This document shows, piece by piece, positions 1 through 13,883 of a stretch of 64,000 bases of DNA. The stretch is from Eukaryota sp. GEM-RC1 (lineage: Eukaryota): positions 1,116,001 to 1,180,000 of the forward strand of contig JAUFOQ010000010.1 in assembly GCA_040285855.1 (NCBI GenBank). The letters are read 5' to 3'. The position numbers and the translations under genes were made by a program. Numbering within the stretch: position 1 is the first letter of the stretch; each line of letters starts with the position of its first letter. Under the pieces are notes generated by a model. That model made no database searches, had not been told where the DNA came from, and worked only from the letters and a program-made list of their open reading frames with translations.

Positions 1-1631
1 AAATCCGAGAGTCGCGAGGACATAATTAAGTTCATCCATGAATTTAGTTGTTGGACAATTCATGTACGGAAACAATCAAATCGTAAAGACTTTAACACTC
101 GTTTAGGTATCGCTCCAATCAATACATTTGATCTCGTGTTAGCCACAGATGTTAGTAAAGTGTTACTAGTACGTATAATTTGATTTATAAACAATTTTTA
201 CCTTCCCCTTTGCACCATTAGGTATTAATAATTATTATCCTCATGGTAAACAAGAGGAATCTTACTACAGCTGCTCCTAAGAAAGGAGTTACTAACCACA
301 GACAGCCACGTAGATCTGTCAAAAGACCAGAGTATCGAAGAGCTCTGCCACCCCGATCGAAGTGCCTACTGAATCCTCAGTAGATGAAGAGGACTGTATG
401 TCCGAAATCTCCTCACACGAGAGCTCATCTTTAAACGTTGATGGAAGTTCCTTGGCTTCTTCGGAAGTCGGCGGAACGACTGGTGTAAGACCCTTGGGCT
501 CTACGGAGTCTGGCGGCAACTCGGCGTTTAACAGTAGTAGTAGATGGTCAGGGATTCGGAGTTCCAGGGACCCTTGTTACTATTGGTAGCGTGGTGATGT
601 TGTGTGGACTCGTTGGATGTTTATCAGGATGTGTTATTCCTAACGTAGCTCCTTTTGTCCAGAAGAAGCTTGTTGAGAGGTTTAGTAATGACTATACTAA
701 TCAAGTGTGTGACAGTCTGATATCTTCTCTTATTTGAACCGTTTTTAAATTTGTATAATTGTTTTGGTTTTTTGATGGACATATGATTGTGAAGATTCTA
801 AGAGCAACTGAATTAACTGCGGAAGTTAGAACAAGCGATTGATTTCAATTATTTAATTTTTTAAATTTTGGGGAAGTGATCACGACCAATGACCTCACAT
901 CAACCAAGCATGACCAGTCAAACAATCGTTTGTGGTTGAGCAAACGCAGTTACTCTTGAACTAGATTTAAGCAAATTCATAAACACTTCAACGTTTACAA
1001 AATAAGGTACATGACAACACGCAAGTTTTCCTATGAAATATTGTTCTCAGAAATTTATAAATGTAATGTACTATTTAATAGAGTTAGCATTGTTCAGATG
1101 CTTTCCAGAGTCTTTGAACCTCATCTTATATCATAAGCTTTAAGATTATGTGTCATCTTATAAATTGTCATCTAGATTTAGTAAATGTACTAGTATAACC
1201 AAAAAGTATGAAATTTAACCATTTAACTTTGATATTCAAACCCAAAAAACGTTGAGAAATTGGTACAAGGCACCCCGTACAAGTTCTTCTAGATGCTTTA
1301 GAGAAATTATGTATTTGAAATTCAAAATACATCACATGACAGTTCAAGTAATCACAGTAATTACAATTTACAAGTATTACTGTGAATTCTCCACAACCTC
1401 CATTAGAGACTATTGTTCATAACAACATTGGCGTTGCCAGTCATGAGAGTTAAGTTACGACGATGACTACAATCAATGTATAATCGACACGTAAACCATG
1501 GTGACTCCGAATCACTCTGACACCAATCAAATGATGACGTTAATCATACCTAAGTGAGCCATTCAACCCTTATCACGTGTTCTGTACTGATGACGTGACC
1601 TTCATCACGTGATCATTCAGAAGGTCAAAGT

Positions 1632-2816
1632 TCACTGACATACAATTCTCTCATCTCCAGTCTCGTCAACTTGGCTCTCGACAAATGTCTTATAATCTTC
1701 TAAAGACTGTGCCATTGCCTTTCTGATTTGAGAATACAACATTAGACAGAGGTATACACTGAAAAAGGTAGTTACTGAAACTAGGAAAGCAACAAGATTG
1801 TTAACAAAACTATACTCCTTGAAAGTAAACTCACAGAGGCTTTCCCTCCAGCAATGTCCAAATACTACTTTAACTGTGAGAGAAATTAGTCTACCAATAT
1901 GCTCAGAAATAAGAAACAGAGATATTACGACATTTAAAATATAATAAATTAAATAAATGTGAGTCAAACTGATTTCTTCAAGATTGACAGGGAATAAACG
2001 TTTACTGTGTTTCTTCCAAACAATCAACTTCCACCCAATAAAACCACTAATGACAGTCAGAAACAATGACGTGATATGACGTGAGAACACAAATCCAATG
2101 ACTGACATGTTTAATGTCAACAACACATAAGATGCTATTGAAAGCGACAGTTGAACACATCCAGGGTGAGAAGAAAGTGGAAAACAAAAGAGAGTCTTGG
2201 CTGTAGTTTTATACTTGCTTGTGAAGCTCTTTGAAGTCAAAACATGTGTTGAATTTACAAACGAGCCAAATACACAAAACCAGATGGGAGAACCAAAGAT
2301 AAGAAACGGAAATATCAAACATTGGAGGTTTGACAGAGGTTCAAAAGAAAACATCCAACTAACATTAGAATAGATTCCACATATGAACTTGTCATTACTT
2401 AAACAACCGACACCAACTATAGGATTAGGAAATATTGACTGAAACAATGCTAAAGAGGCTGGGAATGTGAGTAAGTAGAGAACAAGATGACAGAGCATGA
2501 TGAAGTAGAAGGGAAGGGAAAAGAGAATTGAACCAACAGCTGTGAGAGACACGTGATTTTTTTGTGGAGATTCACTGAACAGCAGATGATACATGTCGGT
2601 AAAATATGGTTTGAGTAGAAGGAAGACTATGGTGAGAAGCCAGAAGCCAGTGAAGTTCAGGAATTTAACGGGGTAAAAGATGGATGAAAGGGAGAATACA
2701 CATCCAAAAGCGCCGAGGATGAGAAGTAGTAGTTGAAGAGCAAGAACACGAGAGGAAGGTGAAGCCTTGGATGATAAGATGCTAAATACGAGAGAGAAAT
2801 GAGATCGAGACTTCAT
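1632..2816 (-). CDS. Multi-pass membrane protein of unknown function (~394 aa)
   Basis: Long ORF with many hydrophobic segments. Likely start is ATG 2816 (MKSRSH); the upstream ORF extension runs through low-complexity TATTG repeats. Confidence 0.7.
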   Translation of the reverse strand: MKSRSHFSLVFSILSSKASPSSRVLALQLLLLILGAFGCVFSLSSIFYPVKFLNFTGFWLLTIVFLLLKPYFTDMYHLLFSESPQKNHVSLTAVGSILFSLPFYFIMLCHLVLYLLTFPASLALFQSIFPNPIVGVGCLSNDKFICGIYSNVSWMFSFEPLSNLQCLIFPFLIFGSPIWFCVFGSFVNSTHVLTSKSFTSKYKTTAKTLFCFPLSSHPGCVQLSLSIASYVLLTLNMSVIGFVFSRHITSLFLTVISGFIGWKLIVWKKHSKRLFPVNLEEISLTHIYLIYYILNVVISLFLISEHIGRLISLTVKVVFGHCWRESLCEFTFKEYSFVNNLVAFLVSVTTFFSVYLCLMLYSQIRKAMAQSLEDYKTFVESQVDETGDERIVCQ

Positions 2817-4082
2817 AGAGGAGAATCTCCATTTATTGTATTGTATTGTATTGCACTTTGCAAACTGCAACAATAAATAATTGTATTGTTGATCAATAAT
2901 CACAAATTATTGTGAACAATATACATTCATTTTGTACTGAATAATTCCACTACACAACATTTGCTAGTATGGTGCAATCGATTTTGCAATGGTCATAGTA
3001 CATTGTAGTGTTAATAATGACATTACTAGTCCATGGATTTACAAAAGGTAATTTACGATCCACCCATCACACATCTATTAGTAAAACGGATGACCATACA
3101 AAATCGTTAAAGAAAAAATGAAACACCAAGAACAATATACATGCTGTGGATTGTATTTCAAGTGCTTATCAAGAATTTTCACTCCTGATTCCCGATTTCT
3201 GAGAGCGAACAAGTGAATTATGTATCTCATGTGAAAAACACAGTGTATTTCTGTACTCTACTTAGTATATGATCCAGCAGATTGGCTGTAACAAATGTTT
3301 GAAGGTATGGTCATGTATCATATTGAAAATTCCTGCACTTGTTAGCAGCAAAGATTGTCTTACTGTCATTCATTGAGAAGCAGAACGTCGCCTTTGATAT
3401 GTTGTTTGATAAATTCTGGTTTTTCTTTAGCAGTTTCCGTGTTTCACAGACTGTGAGAGTAAAAACATTATGATGCTGGTCGGTGGAATAGACGAATCTC
3501 TATGTACCAGCAACAAACTTGTCGAAAATAGGATACATATAGCGTTCACATAGAACACACAACAACAACCAATATTTACTATTTATGGCGATTGTAATGG
3601 ATACACACATCAAAAAAAAATTTCATTGAGTGGATGGGTGTTGGATGCAGCGGTTGACAATTGATGCATTAACAATGGAACTTCACATGGTTGGTTCTAG
3701 GAGATGCAGGACTGTCGTCACAATCATCTCTTACCTCAAGAAGTTGTCACAGCTCTGTTTGGGTGAGTAGATTTTAGACGTGAAAAATAATTTATATTGT
3801 AAGCAATATATTGTATTTATTGTATTGTATTGTGGTGCTGGAACAATAAATAATTGGGATATATTGTATTTAAATTATTTGTAGTGCAATTATTTATTTC
3901 CGATCACTGTAGAGGAGATGTGTTTTGGAATCTTGATTTGCTTTGAAATGGGTTCTCTAAACCGGAATGGCCGTTCTGACATTGATAGAAACTATCAATT
4001 CATCACTTATGTGGATATCCTATACGGAAAATTGAAGTAGAGAATTGATAAACCGCTATTGTTCTTCAACAATGCATTATTC

Positions 4083-4226
4083 TGATGGTTTTCATGACAA
4101 AATTGAACCTTTACTTGATAATATTTCTGATTAGCCAAAATTTGACAGAAGTCGTGGTGACTTGATTGGTTCTTGGTTATCTTGTCAGGATGTTATCATG
4201 GATTTCACAACTATTGATCCTTGTAC
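4083..4226 (+). mobile_element. CRE-like (RLE-type) non-LTR retrotransposon fragment, endonuclease region
   Basis: Translates as GFHDKIEPLL..RGDLIGSWL..MDFTTIDPC, matching the copies at 12.8-13.4 kb and 38.1-39.0 kb; has an internal stop. Confidence 0.7.
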
Positions 4227-7029
4227 AATACTCCAGGGATTCTTAAAGTAGAACGCCTTTTATTTACTCTTACAAATACAAACTATCATCAATACTAAGA
4301 AATGAAAAGTTGTTTCTTAAAGTTCTAATACTTTAAGCACTTTAATTTCTTTTCCTATACTTTAAAATATTTTCAGTACTTTAAGCACTTTTTTCTTGAC
4401 TGCTAGGGTGACTCTAGCCATCCAGTACACATCTATTCCTTTTGAAAGATAGAATTAAAACATATTTTATAAAGTAGAAACTCACCAAAAACAACAAAAT
4501 CTAAACTATACATATAAAGACAGAGTGAGCACTCAAGGTTTTACTTGTAAAACAGGAAGTCCAATGTTGTTGGTAGGTCACACAAGAAATGTCATTACAT
4601 TGTCCACCTGTTGAGTTACAAGATTGTATGTTACAGCTTGACAGTATGGTCAGCGTCACAGAGCTTACAACATAACCGGGCGCGTGTTCTAGAGATTACT
4701 TCCAGTACTTCACAGTCTGCAATCGTACAGGCATCGTCGTTAGCTTGTTCTTTGAATTATCTATGGAAAGAAGAAAAATCCAATTCCAAAAATGTCAGAT
4801 GGTTCTGGACCTCTAAGTAAGGGATCATCGTTTTTGAAGATTAACTTAATCGATTGCGGACTTCGTTGTGATTGGTCAGGCGTTCAAGGACTAAATTAAC
4901 GTCATCCAGTTCTAATTCAGTACAACGAGAGTCATCCACTGTAGCCATAGATTGGGAGTCTGTTTTTAGTATCATTTTTATTAATTAAATCAGCTTTTGG
5001 ACAAATGATCTTTTCACGGTCAATGAAGAACAGTAGTTATGTCTTTCAATAGCTCAAAAATTGAAAGCATGTCATACGTGGGATCTTCCATAAACAACAC
5101 AATTTTTAAGTATTTCTTCATCTATTTTATCGAATTTGCACTACAAAAACTGTTACTAATGGATGTTTACTGGAAACACCTTAAATGTGATATGATTCAA
5201 AGTTTTGTTGAGACTGTTTACAATAATGAGAACACTCTTGGAAACGTCACTGTTGATTAAGACATGAAAGGAATTCTCAATATAATACCCAAGATATCTG
5301 CGGATAAATGAGTTTTTCTATTTGTGATACTCAACTAGTTAATAATGAAAACCTCATCTAAACAATGAACTTTGTTAGATGTTGTGTATTGTTATTTTTC
5401 CTTAATCTGTATTCAAATAATGTATTTCTTTTCAAATAACTTTTAGACAACTTCTCTGTAATAGCACCTTTTACTCACAATCTTCATTCATGTAAAAATT
5501 TGGATGATATAATTTAGTGTGACAAGAAGCAATATGATACAGTCAGGTTCCTATAAATTCAAGGTTTCAAGATGTGACACCCTTTCAACTACCTCTAACT
5601 TCAACTTTTCTCCAATTTACCACTTCCAGCTACTAGTACTACTTAAGTGCATCTTCTGAAACCTGTACATTAGTCTTTATGCAGTTTGCTGTTTTTGAGT
5701 CTTTAGTGTACTGCGAGCTCTCGAAGTTCGTTCTAGTTATGCTAATGATTGATAAAATCAGTTTGATGTTATTTTGTGTGTCATAGATCGGTGTCCCGTT
5801 TGCCTGCGATTTTTATGAAGGACAACATTGGTGGAATCCAAAAATTCCCTGAGAATTTCCTAATTCTGCCGCCTTTTTGAACCACTGTAGAGCTTTAATT
5901 TCATTCTTGTCAACTCCATTACCGACATGCAGACGGCAAGATCCACAGTTATCGAATCACATGATTCGAATGAAGGACTAAGCAATACAATGAAGCATTG
6001 GTGTTTTAGGCATGGGACGCAAATTTTCCGTACATCATCGATTTTAGGCGTACAGTACCGTACTGTACTTTTGACCGACTAAAATAAATTAATAAGTTAA
6101 TACTATTTTGTTCATGATGATCCAATGTGAGAGTTACACAGTTACCATCGTCATAAATTCTACCGCTAAAAGATGCTCAGGATATCAATATCGTGATTGT
6201 CAACCTATTTACATTTAGGGAACTTCATTTGCTGATCACGACTTCCCCAAAATGATATTTTTATTTACGAAGCTCATCAATCGCTTGAAATCAACAGTAG
6301 TAGTAGCGTCGTCGAATCACAATGCATTTAACGAGTGACTATTGAATTTAACAATGTTACATGCCCCAAAAACCAACAGATTGGATTGGAGACGATCAGA
6401 AGATGCCATAGCAATTTGCATTAGTACTGTGTTTGACTAGTGAATGAGCATGCACTCAAAAATAGTATTTGCATATCCATTTCGATCATTCATAAATAGG
6501 TTCTTCATAAAATCAAATCACATCAGTACGTACAGTACGTACCACAGATTTGCACACATTGGTTTAAGGTAACACAAGAAACTACATTTACAATGTAGTT
6601 TAAAGTAAGTGTTCACTATACCGTCAAAAGGGGTACTAGTATCAGAAAAAACAAACATATGTTTGTGGGAGGGCGATAAGTGAACTCTAAACTATAATAC
6701 AGATAATTAATCAACATAAATGTCAATAGTAAACCGATCTACATGGTGTAATTAGTTGAACCTTGAACACTACTTTTGTTCACATTCACTACTAATAGAA
6801 CAAATATGACGACGTCATTTTCTTTGTTTTGTTTTGTTTTTTTACATGTATATGTATATGTATTTTTTTGTGTTTGTATTTTGTATTTTGAACATATGCT
6901 TAAAACATACAAGTGAATAGATTGACATCTACAATCTAGTTTGAGAACATCACAACTTATGTTTTTAAAAAGCGGATGTATGTGCGGAGAAATACACACA
7001 ACAAGAAAACAACAAATAAATAAAGACTA

Positions 7030-7434
7030 CTAAAACAAATGATCACACGAACTACCTAATTCCGAAAAGTAGTTGCCTCCAAACAACTTGGACAAAATGG
7101 AATCAACATATCTATACATAGACCGAAAATTCGAAAAACCAAATATACTCTTCCAGTTCGATCGGTTAAACTTCTTGCCAAATTCTGAACATAAATTTTC
7201 AAATATATTTAAAAACTCCTTGGCAGAAGAACCGAAATTTCCGTACAAAGAAACTGCAAAAGCTGCAAGACGACATTATTGTGTCTTCGGGAATTCAATG
7301 CAGCAACTTGATGTACGGATTTAGACACTTTAGCGTGCTCAGCGTCTTTGAGTGGATCATTTAAAGTATTCAAAATATTGGCAATAGCTGAAGCTTTGCA
7401 AGGATCAACAGTCGTAATATCAACAACAATTTCT
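7030..7434 (-). mobile_element. 3' end of a CRE-like non-LTR retrotransposon ORF
   Basis: VVDITTVDPC..AEHAKVSK..FAVSLYGNFGSSAKEFL..SMYRYVDSILSKLFGG..stop; frameshifted. Confidence 0.75.
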
Positions 7435-7863
7435 TAAAATTAGGGTCCAGATTGCCAGGGTTGAATATTGATAGCTAATCAAATATGCAATATTGGCAGT
7501 GGGCAACTCTGCACTATAAGTACCACTAACACTACTATGTTTTTTAACATTTTCTTTTGATTGATTATATCAATTGACCAATATTCCGTCTTACTAAGCT
7601 ATACTTATCAAACAATGACACTTCACAATGTCAAATGTATCAACAATTGTCGTTGTTATTGTTGAACAATTCGTTATCAATATATTTGTATTCCATTTAT
7701 ATACACTAAATATTTATTTCATGTCATTAAAATACATTATACATCTGTTGTTATTTTTAGTTGTTATAAAATGACACTCATAATGATCGAACAAAGTACC
7801 TAAGTTGACATACCATCACTGTGAGTGCCCGTACATGTCAGAAGATGCTGAAAAATCAGTTGC

Positions 7864-9222
7864 TTAAAAGAAAGAAATTCTGACTGTAGTTTTGAATCCA
7901 AAGGCCTCACTCAATGATGTGAGATCTTCATCTCCAATAGAGTTCATACGCAGATAAACTGTAGTGTTAACTTGCAACGCGTCTACCAATGCTCTGACAC
8001 CTTCATCTCCAATAGAGTTGTCCCTCAAATTAACTTTTGTAACTACATTATTTACTTTTAATGCCTCTGCCAAAGCTCTGGCACCTTCATCTCCAATGGA
8101 GTTTCTAAATAAATCAATACCTGTCACAGTACCATTAACTTTTAACGCCTCTGCCAAAGATCTGGCACCGTCAGCTCCAATAGAGTTGTCCCTCAAATTA
8201 ACTTTTGTAACTACATTATTTACTTTTAACGCCTCTGCCAAAGCTCTGGCACCTTCATCTCCAATATTGTTGTATCTCAGATCAACACTTGTAACTACAT
8301 TATTTACTTTTAATGCCTCTGCCAAAGCTCTAGCACCTTCATATCCAATAGAGTTCATCGACAGATCAACACTTGTAACTGCAGAATTAACTTTTAACGC
8401 ATCTGCCAAAGCTCTAGCACCTTCATGTCCAATATAGTTGCTCGTTAGATCAACATCTGTCACAGTAACATTAACTTTTAATGCTTCTGACAATGCTTTA
8501 ACACCTTCATCTCCAATAGATCCTGAGCTGAAACGAATACGTGTAACTGGAGCGTTGGTGTTTAACAATTCGAAGAAACCAATAGAAATGAAAGAATGCA
8601 CATGAACATCAAGTTGCTTAAGACGTGGAAAGAAGAGAGAAGATTTGTTGAGAAACTCCAAGTCATTGTGATTTTCTAAGAATAAATCCAATCCTGAAAT
8701 TACATTAGAATAACTAAGAAATTCTTCAGCATTAAAGGTTCCGAATTGGTGTACGAAAACAGATGGCATATCTGCTCCAAAGGAAGAAGCATATGAACGG
8801 AGCTGAGGAAGATATTTAGAAAAGACACGGAACGTGTTTGTTTGGAAAAACACCTTGGTTGCTAGAAGAGCAGATTCAAAGAAATGACGGCTTACATAGC
8901 CAACTTGCTTGAAAAAGGTAGACACAGAACTGTTCAAGGTGTGGACACCAGCACACGGTCTCAATGGACTAGTAGAAAACTTTATGAGACGACGTAGGTA
9001 GTGAAGATGAATCAAAACAAGCAAAGACTGTTGAAGTGGGAAGTGAGTGGAATGATAATGAACAGAGGAGCAGGAAGCCGATGATACACTTACACTAGAG
9101 ATAGGATTCGAAGAGAATAGACGCAAAGGGAATCCAAAAGAATCAACAGCACCAGTATCTGAAACACTACGTTCTTGCGATCGACTTGTCTTAGCTGGAG
9201 GTTCAGAATGAGACATTGTCAT
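7864..9222 (-). CDS. LRR family protein (Ser-rich leader, conserved core, ~8 RI-like 28-aa LRRs)
   Basis: Intact 452-aa ORF; core QQSLLVLIHLH..GYVS..FFESALLATKVFFQTNTF; repeats of type VTSVDLxxNxIGxEGARALAEALKVN. Confidence 0.9.
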   Translation of the reverse strand: MTMSHSEPPAKTSRSQERSVSDTGAVDSFGFPLRLFSSNPISSVSVSSASCSSVHYHSTHFPLQQSLLVLIHLHYLRRLIKFSTSPLRPCAGVHTLNSSVSTFFKQVGYVSRHFFESALLATKVFFQTNTFRVFSKYLPQLRSYASSFGADMPSVFVHQFGTFNAEEFLSYSNVISGLDLFLENHNDLEFLNKSSLFFPRLKQLDVHVHSFISIGFFELLNTNAPVTRIRFSSGSIGDEGVKALSEALKVNVTVTDVDLTSNYIGHEGARALADALKVNSAVTSVDLSMNSIGYEGARALAEALKVNNVVTSVDLRYNNIGDEGARALAEALKVNNVVTKVNLRDNSIGADGARSLAEALKVNGTVTGIDLFRNSIGDEGARALAEALKVNNVVTKVNLRDNSIGDEGVRALVDALQVNTTVYLRMNSIGDEDLTSLSEAFGFKTTVRISFF

Positions 9223-10414
9223 CGGTGGTTTGGGGAAGGGTGTGGATTCCGGTTCATTCTATCCTTACAATTCATGTGTCAAATGCATCAACTCATTGTC
9301 CTGATCAACTATCCTATCCTCCTGACAGAATAAAACCAAGAGTTTAAATCCATGATATCTTTCACCTTGTGATATACTCCTGGTTCTACTGCTATGGTTT
9401 CTCTTCTTTCTTATTCTTATTCTCAAACCCTCTTATCTCTTCCTCGTTCTAAAGTCATTCGACCATGGTTCTTTGAATCTTCTATTGTCACTCTAGTTGC
9501 TGATGAAGCACTCTGTCCATGTGAATGTTTTGATAGATAGGAAGATGCAGATCATGAACTAAACATTGGAATCATCAAAAACTCCAAAAACTCTATAGAT
9601 GTTGTTACTGGTGTTTTTAGAGTGTGGCCAGCTTACAAGGGAACTTACATTGTCACTCTCAAAGCTCATTCTACTCCCGTTATTTATGTTTGTTTTAGAG
9701 TAGGTGGATAACCTTGTGGTGCTATCTTCTAGTTCGAACGGTGCAGTTAAAGGACACGATGTTTGTAGAAGAAAACTATTCAGAGTCATGACTCCTGAAG
9801 TTTCTTCAATGAATCTAGTTAGAGTTCAAGCTGATGTTCTAGGTGATATTGTAGTATGTACTTAAGTTGATGAGTTCTATGTTTCTTTAAGAAAACTAAT
9901 GACTGAAAAGATATTAGGCTCACTGGGTGACGTGATAGTGATCCTGGCCAAATCCTTTACGTGATAATTCCACATCTTATACTTCTTCATTTTAATATCG
10001 GTTTAACTATTATTAATCAATTGCCAGGTTAAAGAGATTCTTCAGGAAAATCTGATGTGTAAATATGAAACAACTTTATTGACCAATCTCATTTTCACTT
10101 CTAACACTTTTATTGATGTAAAAGCTAAGTTTGGTTTGTGATTTACGTCGGTGGTGAGAGTAAATCTCATTACTCCAATTTTCTTTTTTTTAAATTGATA
10201 TAATTTAATTTACAGAATTCACTCAAAGTACAGTTTTTCAAACCATCAAACACTTTTAAAAAAAGATTTAATACATTTCTTCCATCCAGTATGGTCAAAC
10301 AGTCCTTTACAGTCCATCTTTATACTAAAGGATAGAATAAAATTAATAATTATAACTTCTAAAAAATCACTGCATAAACCACTAAAAACTGATGAGTGTA
10401 AAAGTCTCTCACTT

Positions 10415-10560
10415 GCTTTTTGAAATAACCAAAGAAGTTCTCCATTTGGATTCATCTCTAGCAAATGGGGAGGCAATACTGGACATCCGCTCTACTCATT
10501 GCCTCAAAGATGTTTGGATGCTTGTGGATTATACATTTATCTAAAATCAGCACTGATCTG
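10415..10560 (-). mobile_element. Tc1/IS630-type DDE transposase relic
   Basis: Across frameshifts reads SVLILDKCIIHK..LPPHLLEMNPNG..FFGYFKKQVR, resembling D-N-x-x-x-H..LPPYSPxxNPIExxF. Confidence 0.6.
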
Positions 10561-12769
10561 TGAACACTAGTAGTTCAGAGAAATGCTTTTTAAAGTTAAT
10601 CTTTTAAAAAGAAGATATATGCACGTATTGAAACATTTTCGTGCTGTAAGACAACAAATTTTCTTTTATAGAGTATAGACATGGTTACAACAAAACCAAC
10701 AAAGTTGTCGTTGAATTTTGGACGCTCACAGATAACAGCGTGACTGTTTAAACTTCGTCCATACGTTATTGGAGAGTCTTTAGACTGACAGTTGCTTTAA
10801 AGTTCTTTGATTGTCTTATATATCAAGTCAAACTGCTTGATATCAGAACTTTTGGAAGAGACGCTTTCAGCTTTCGAATGACTTCTAGAAATGTTATGTA
10901 ATACTAGTTAGTATGGTAGTATGTGCCAAAAAAATTAGTCAATTAGTGGCAATAGTCTCTTGTTGTTTATTTTTACAAACTAATACAGCAATCTACATTC
11001 GGTGATCCAGTGTAGCTGGATCAGAAGATGTTCCTTAGTTTTATTGTTAGAGTTGATGGTAAAGCGGAGTTAACGGACTTAAAATTGAGGTCGCTCAACG
11101 TATAAGCAAGAGGCTAAACATACCAAAAAAAGTTTTGTTAGGCATCCAAAGTTCATGAGTTGAGAAAAAGATATATGCCAGGAGAATTGGCAGGGGTGTC
11201 ATTTCTTTAAATGATTCCTAATCTTTTTCAGTTTCATCACATACACCATTTTTGTTGTTGTAAAGTTTCCACTTCAATGTATCTATGTTCTTGAGCAATA
11301 CTAAATTCCGTGTACTTTTTCAAAGCAGCTGCAGTGACATTAGTTGCCCTCCACTTTGACTGTAAAGGCAACAGGGACATCCTCATTCTCTAAGAAATTT
11401 GAAATCCACCTAACAGTTGTTGTTAACGTCGTAACATATCTCCTTTGGTTTTTGACAAGGAAAGAAACTTTTGATTCATTGTCAGTGATGCAGCGTCGTT
11501 CTTTGACTGTAGATGAGAAAGTTATTTTTTACACATACAGGAAAAATGTATACAATTTAAAATATTTGATCTAAGTCTTTGAGTAAAATATTTACGTCCT
11601 AGTGGCAAGGTGTTACACGTGTTGTACGAAATCAACGTCTGGCGTTGTCGGTAATTAAGTGAAGATTATTGTTGGTGTGTACAATAGCAAAAAGGCAACA
11701 ATTATGATGGATACCAATCAATATACATACTACAAACGTAGAAGTTTGAAGTACAAGTTAGGTTTTCCGATTTCCAGGTTTTTGAAGAAGGTACTTCATT
11801 ACTAGGAATCATAAAATTATACTTTTCTTAGTGGTATTGCTAAGTTGGATACTCTGTCTAAGCAATTTTACGGATAACGATATTAAATTCTAATACAAGA
11901 AGTATAAAACAGCATAATTTATTTTTTTGCATAATTTATTAACATTTCAAAATAATCAAGATAGATCAGTTCCGACATTATAGGCTATAATGTTGTAACT
12001 GATCTATCTTGATATAATATATAGCAGAGATCAAGAAAAGTGATAACAAAAGTAATTACTTTCTGTTCTCGAGGTTCGACTCATGAAAATAGTTGGCTTG
12101 TACCACTGTAGTATGATGAAATTGTATAACAACAATTAGCACATTAACATAATGCAATATTTTACACTTTTCAATTTTCATGCCCATGAGTTATGGTAAC
12201 TGATGAACACTTTGAACTCAAATGCTATAATTCATTACATTTGTTTCCAATTGTCATATTGTGATGCTCATGGTATACTACAGTCATCATGTTCTTTTTT
12301 CTTCATTTAATAACATATCAGATAATGCTTACTTGACAGCTAAAAAACGTCGCAAGATGATGTGACTCATTTTACAATCGGAAAATAATTTCTGCTTCCA
12401 CATACACTTACCGTGTATACAATAACAGATATAACATTTACATTGTACAAAACTCTTTCTTGGTGGACATTGGAGTTCTTTAGAACCATCTACCCAGGAC
12501 AATTATAGTACAAGACAATGACACCGATCAATTGGTTTGAGAGTAATATTTAATATGATTTGAGTCGAATATAATCGATTTAATAGCGATTAATGGTGTG
12601 TCTACAACAGTAAAGTAATACATAAGTATTTTCCTAATTCAAAAAAGAGAGAGATGTTTATTCGGCACCCAATAAGGTAACCTTCCTACAAGCTATGAAA
12701 TTGTAAAAACAAACAAATAATACTAAGATTAAATCCAAACGACTTCATCACCACCCGGTAAACGATTAC

Positions 12770-13428
12770 GTTTATCAACATTAACCTTCACACCAAACTT
12801 GTACAATTTCTCAATTAATCTAGAGAAATAGAAAGGTATATTCCGATATATGGAAAACACTATACGGTTTTTCCATTCAGCCATTCTAAACTTTCTTTAC
12901 ACAATTCTTCGAAATCCTTGAAAAATTGATCACCAGCAGGACTAATAGATCCAAAAGAGAAACAGCAAAAGGTTGAAACACAAATTTGGAATATGAGTTT
13001 CTATTTAATTCTTCTACTTGAGAGTCATACTTGGAGTGTTTGAGCTTTGCAGCTGGTGTTAATGGATTAAAAGAAGAATCTAATATCCTACTAACACAAG
13101 ATTTGTTACATACATCTACTGTAGTAAAATTCATTAATGATTGACTCGATTTAAGCCACGGAGTATGTAGATCCCCTCTTTTTTGATCAGTAAATTCATT
13201 TTCTGAAAGATGATTCAAAACTGGTACAACTTTAGAGTGAAAACCATGTGCTTTAAACATGGAATAACAAGAATCACGTACACCATCATGAATTACTGCA
13301 CGGAGATGAATAAAATAACGACAATTAATTAAATGACGAAAAACACCATTAGCTCCACAAGAGCACGTTGAATAGTTTAATAATTTTGCAGGCCAAATAG
13401 CCAAACGAAGACGCATATTGATCATCAA
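12770..13428 (-). mobile_element. CRE-like non-LTR retrotransposon fragment (zinc knuckle and RLE endonuclease)
   Basis: RLRL..CSCG..HLINC..RAVIHDGVRD..RGDL..FTTVD..AAKLKHSKYD..FVFQPFAVS. Confidence 0.8.
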
Positions 13429-13883
13429 AAATGAAAGAAAATCTAGGAGAATTATCCCACTACAACTTCGAATAAATGTTACTTAAATACTTGGAAAAAC
13501 TTCTGTAAAGCGCAAACATAGTACACAAACTATGATTGTTTTAATGATAGATTCAAAATGTATTAGATTGTATCTCGATGAATGCATTTCGAGCTTGAAA
13601 TTTCTATATTATTAACATTGTTTATAAGGAAAGTGTAAGTGCTAAGACAAACTTACAACAAGAAACTTCTACAGTAAAATAATTGTTCAATCCAAATAAT
13701 TGTAAATTTGTTAATAAATTTGACATTAGTGATTAAATTTACAACAATTGTATATGTTCAACATTAGAAATAATACAAATGTCTTGGTACATTAACAGTT
13801 TCTCTAAGTTGGCTATTTTCTTCCCATATATCTCGAATATATCATATAAGAGACAAACAATTACTTTTCTTATGATTTAAAGA

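Noticed and set aside
1..740. Short Ser/Glu-rich ORFs and a gag-like phrase (EDIIKFIHEFSCW)
   Set aside because: Too short and truncated by the window edge to support a call.
7964..8437. Antisense ORFs over LRR arrays (also 14644, 17757, 43355, 47667, 57700 and others)
   Set aside because: Shadows of the repetitive sense-strand coding sequence.
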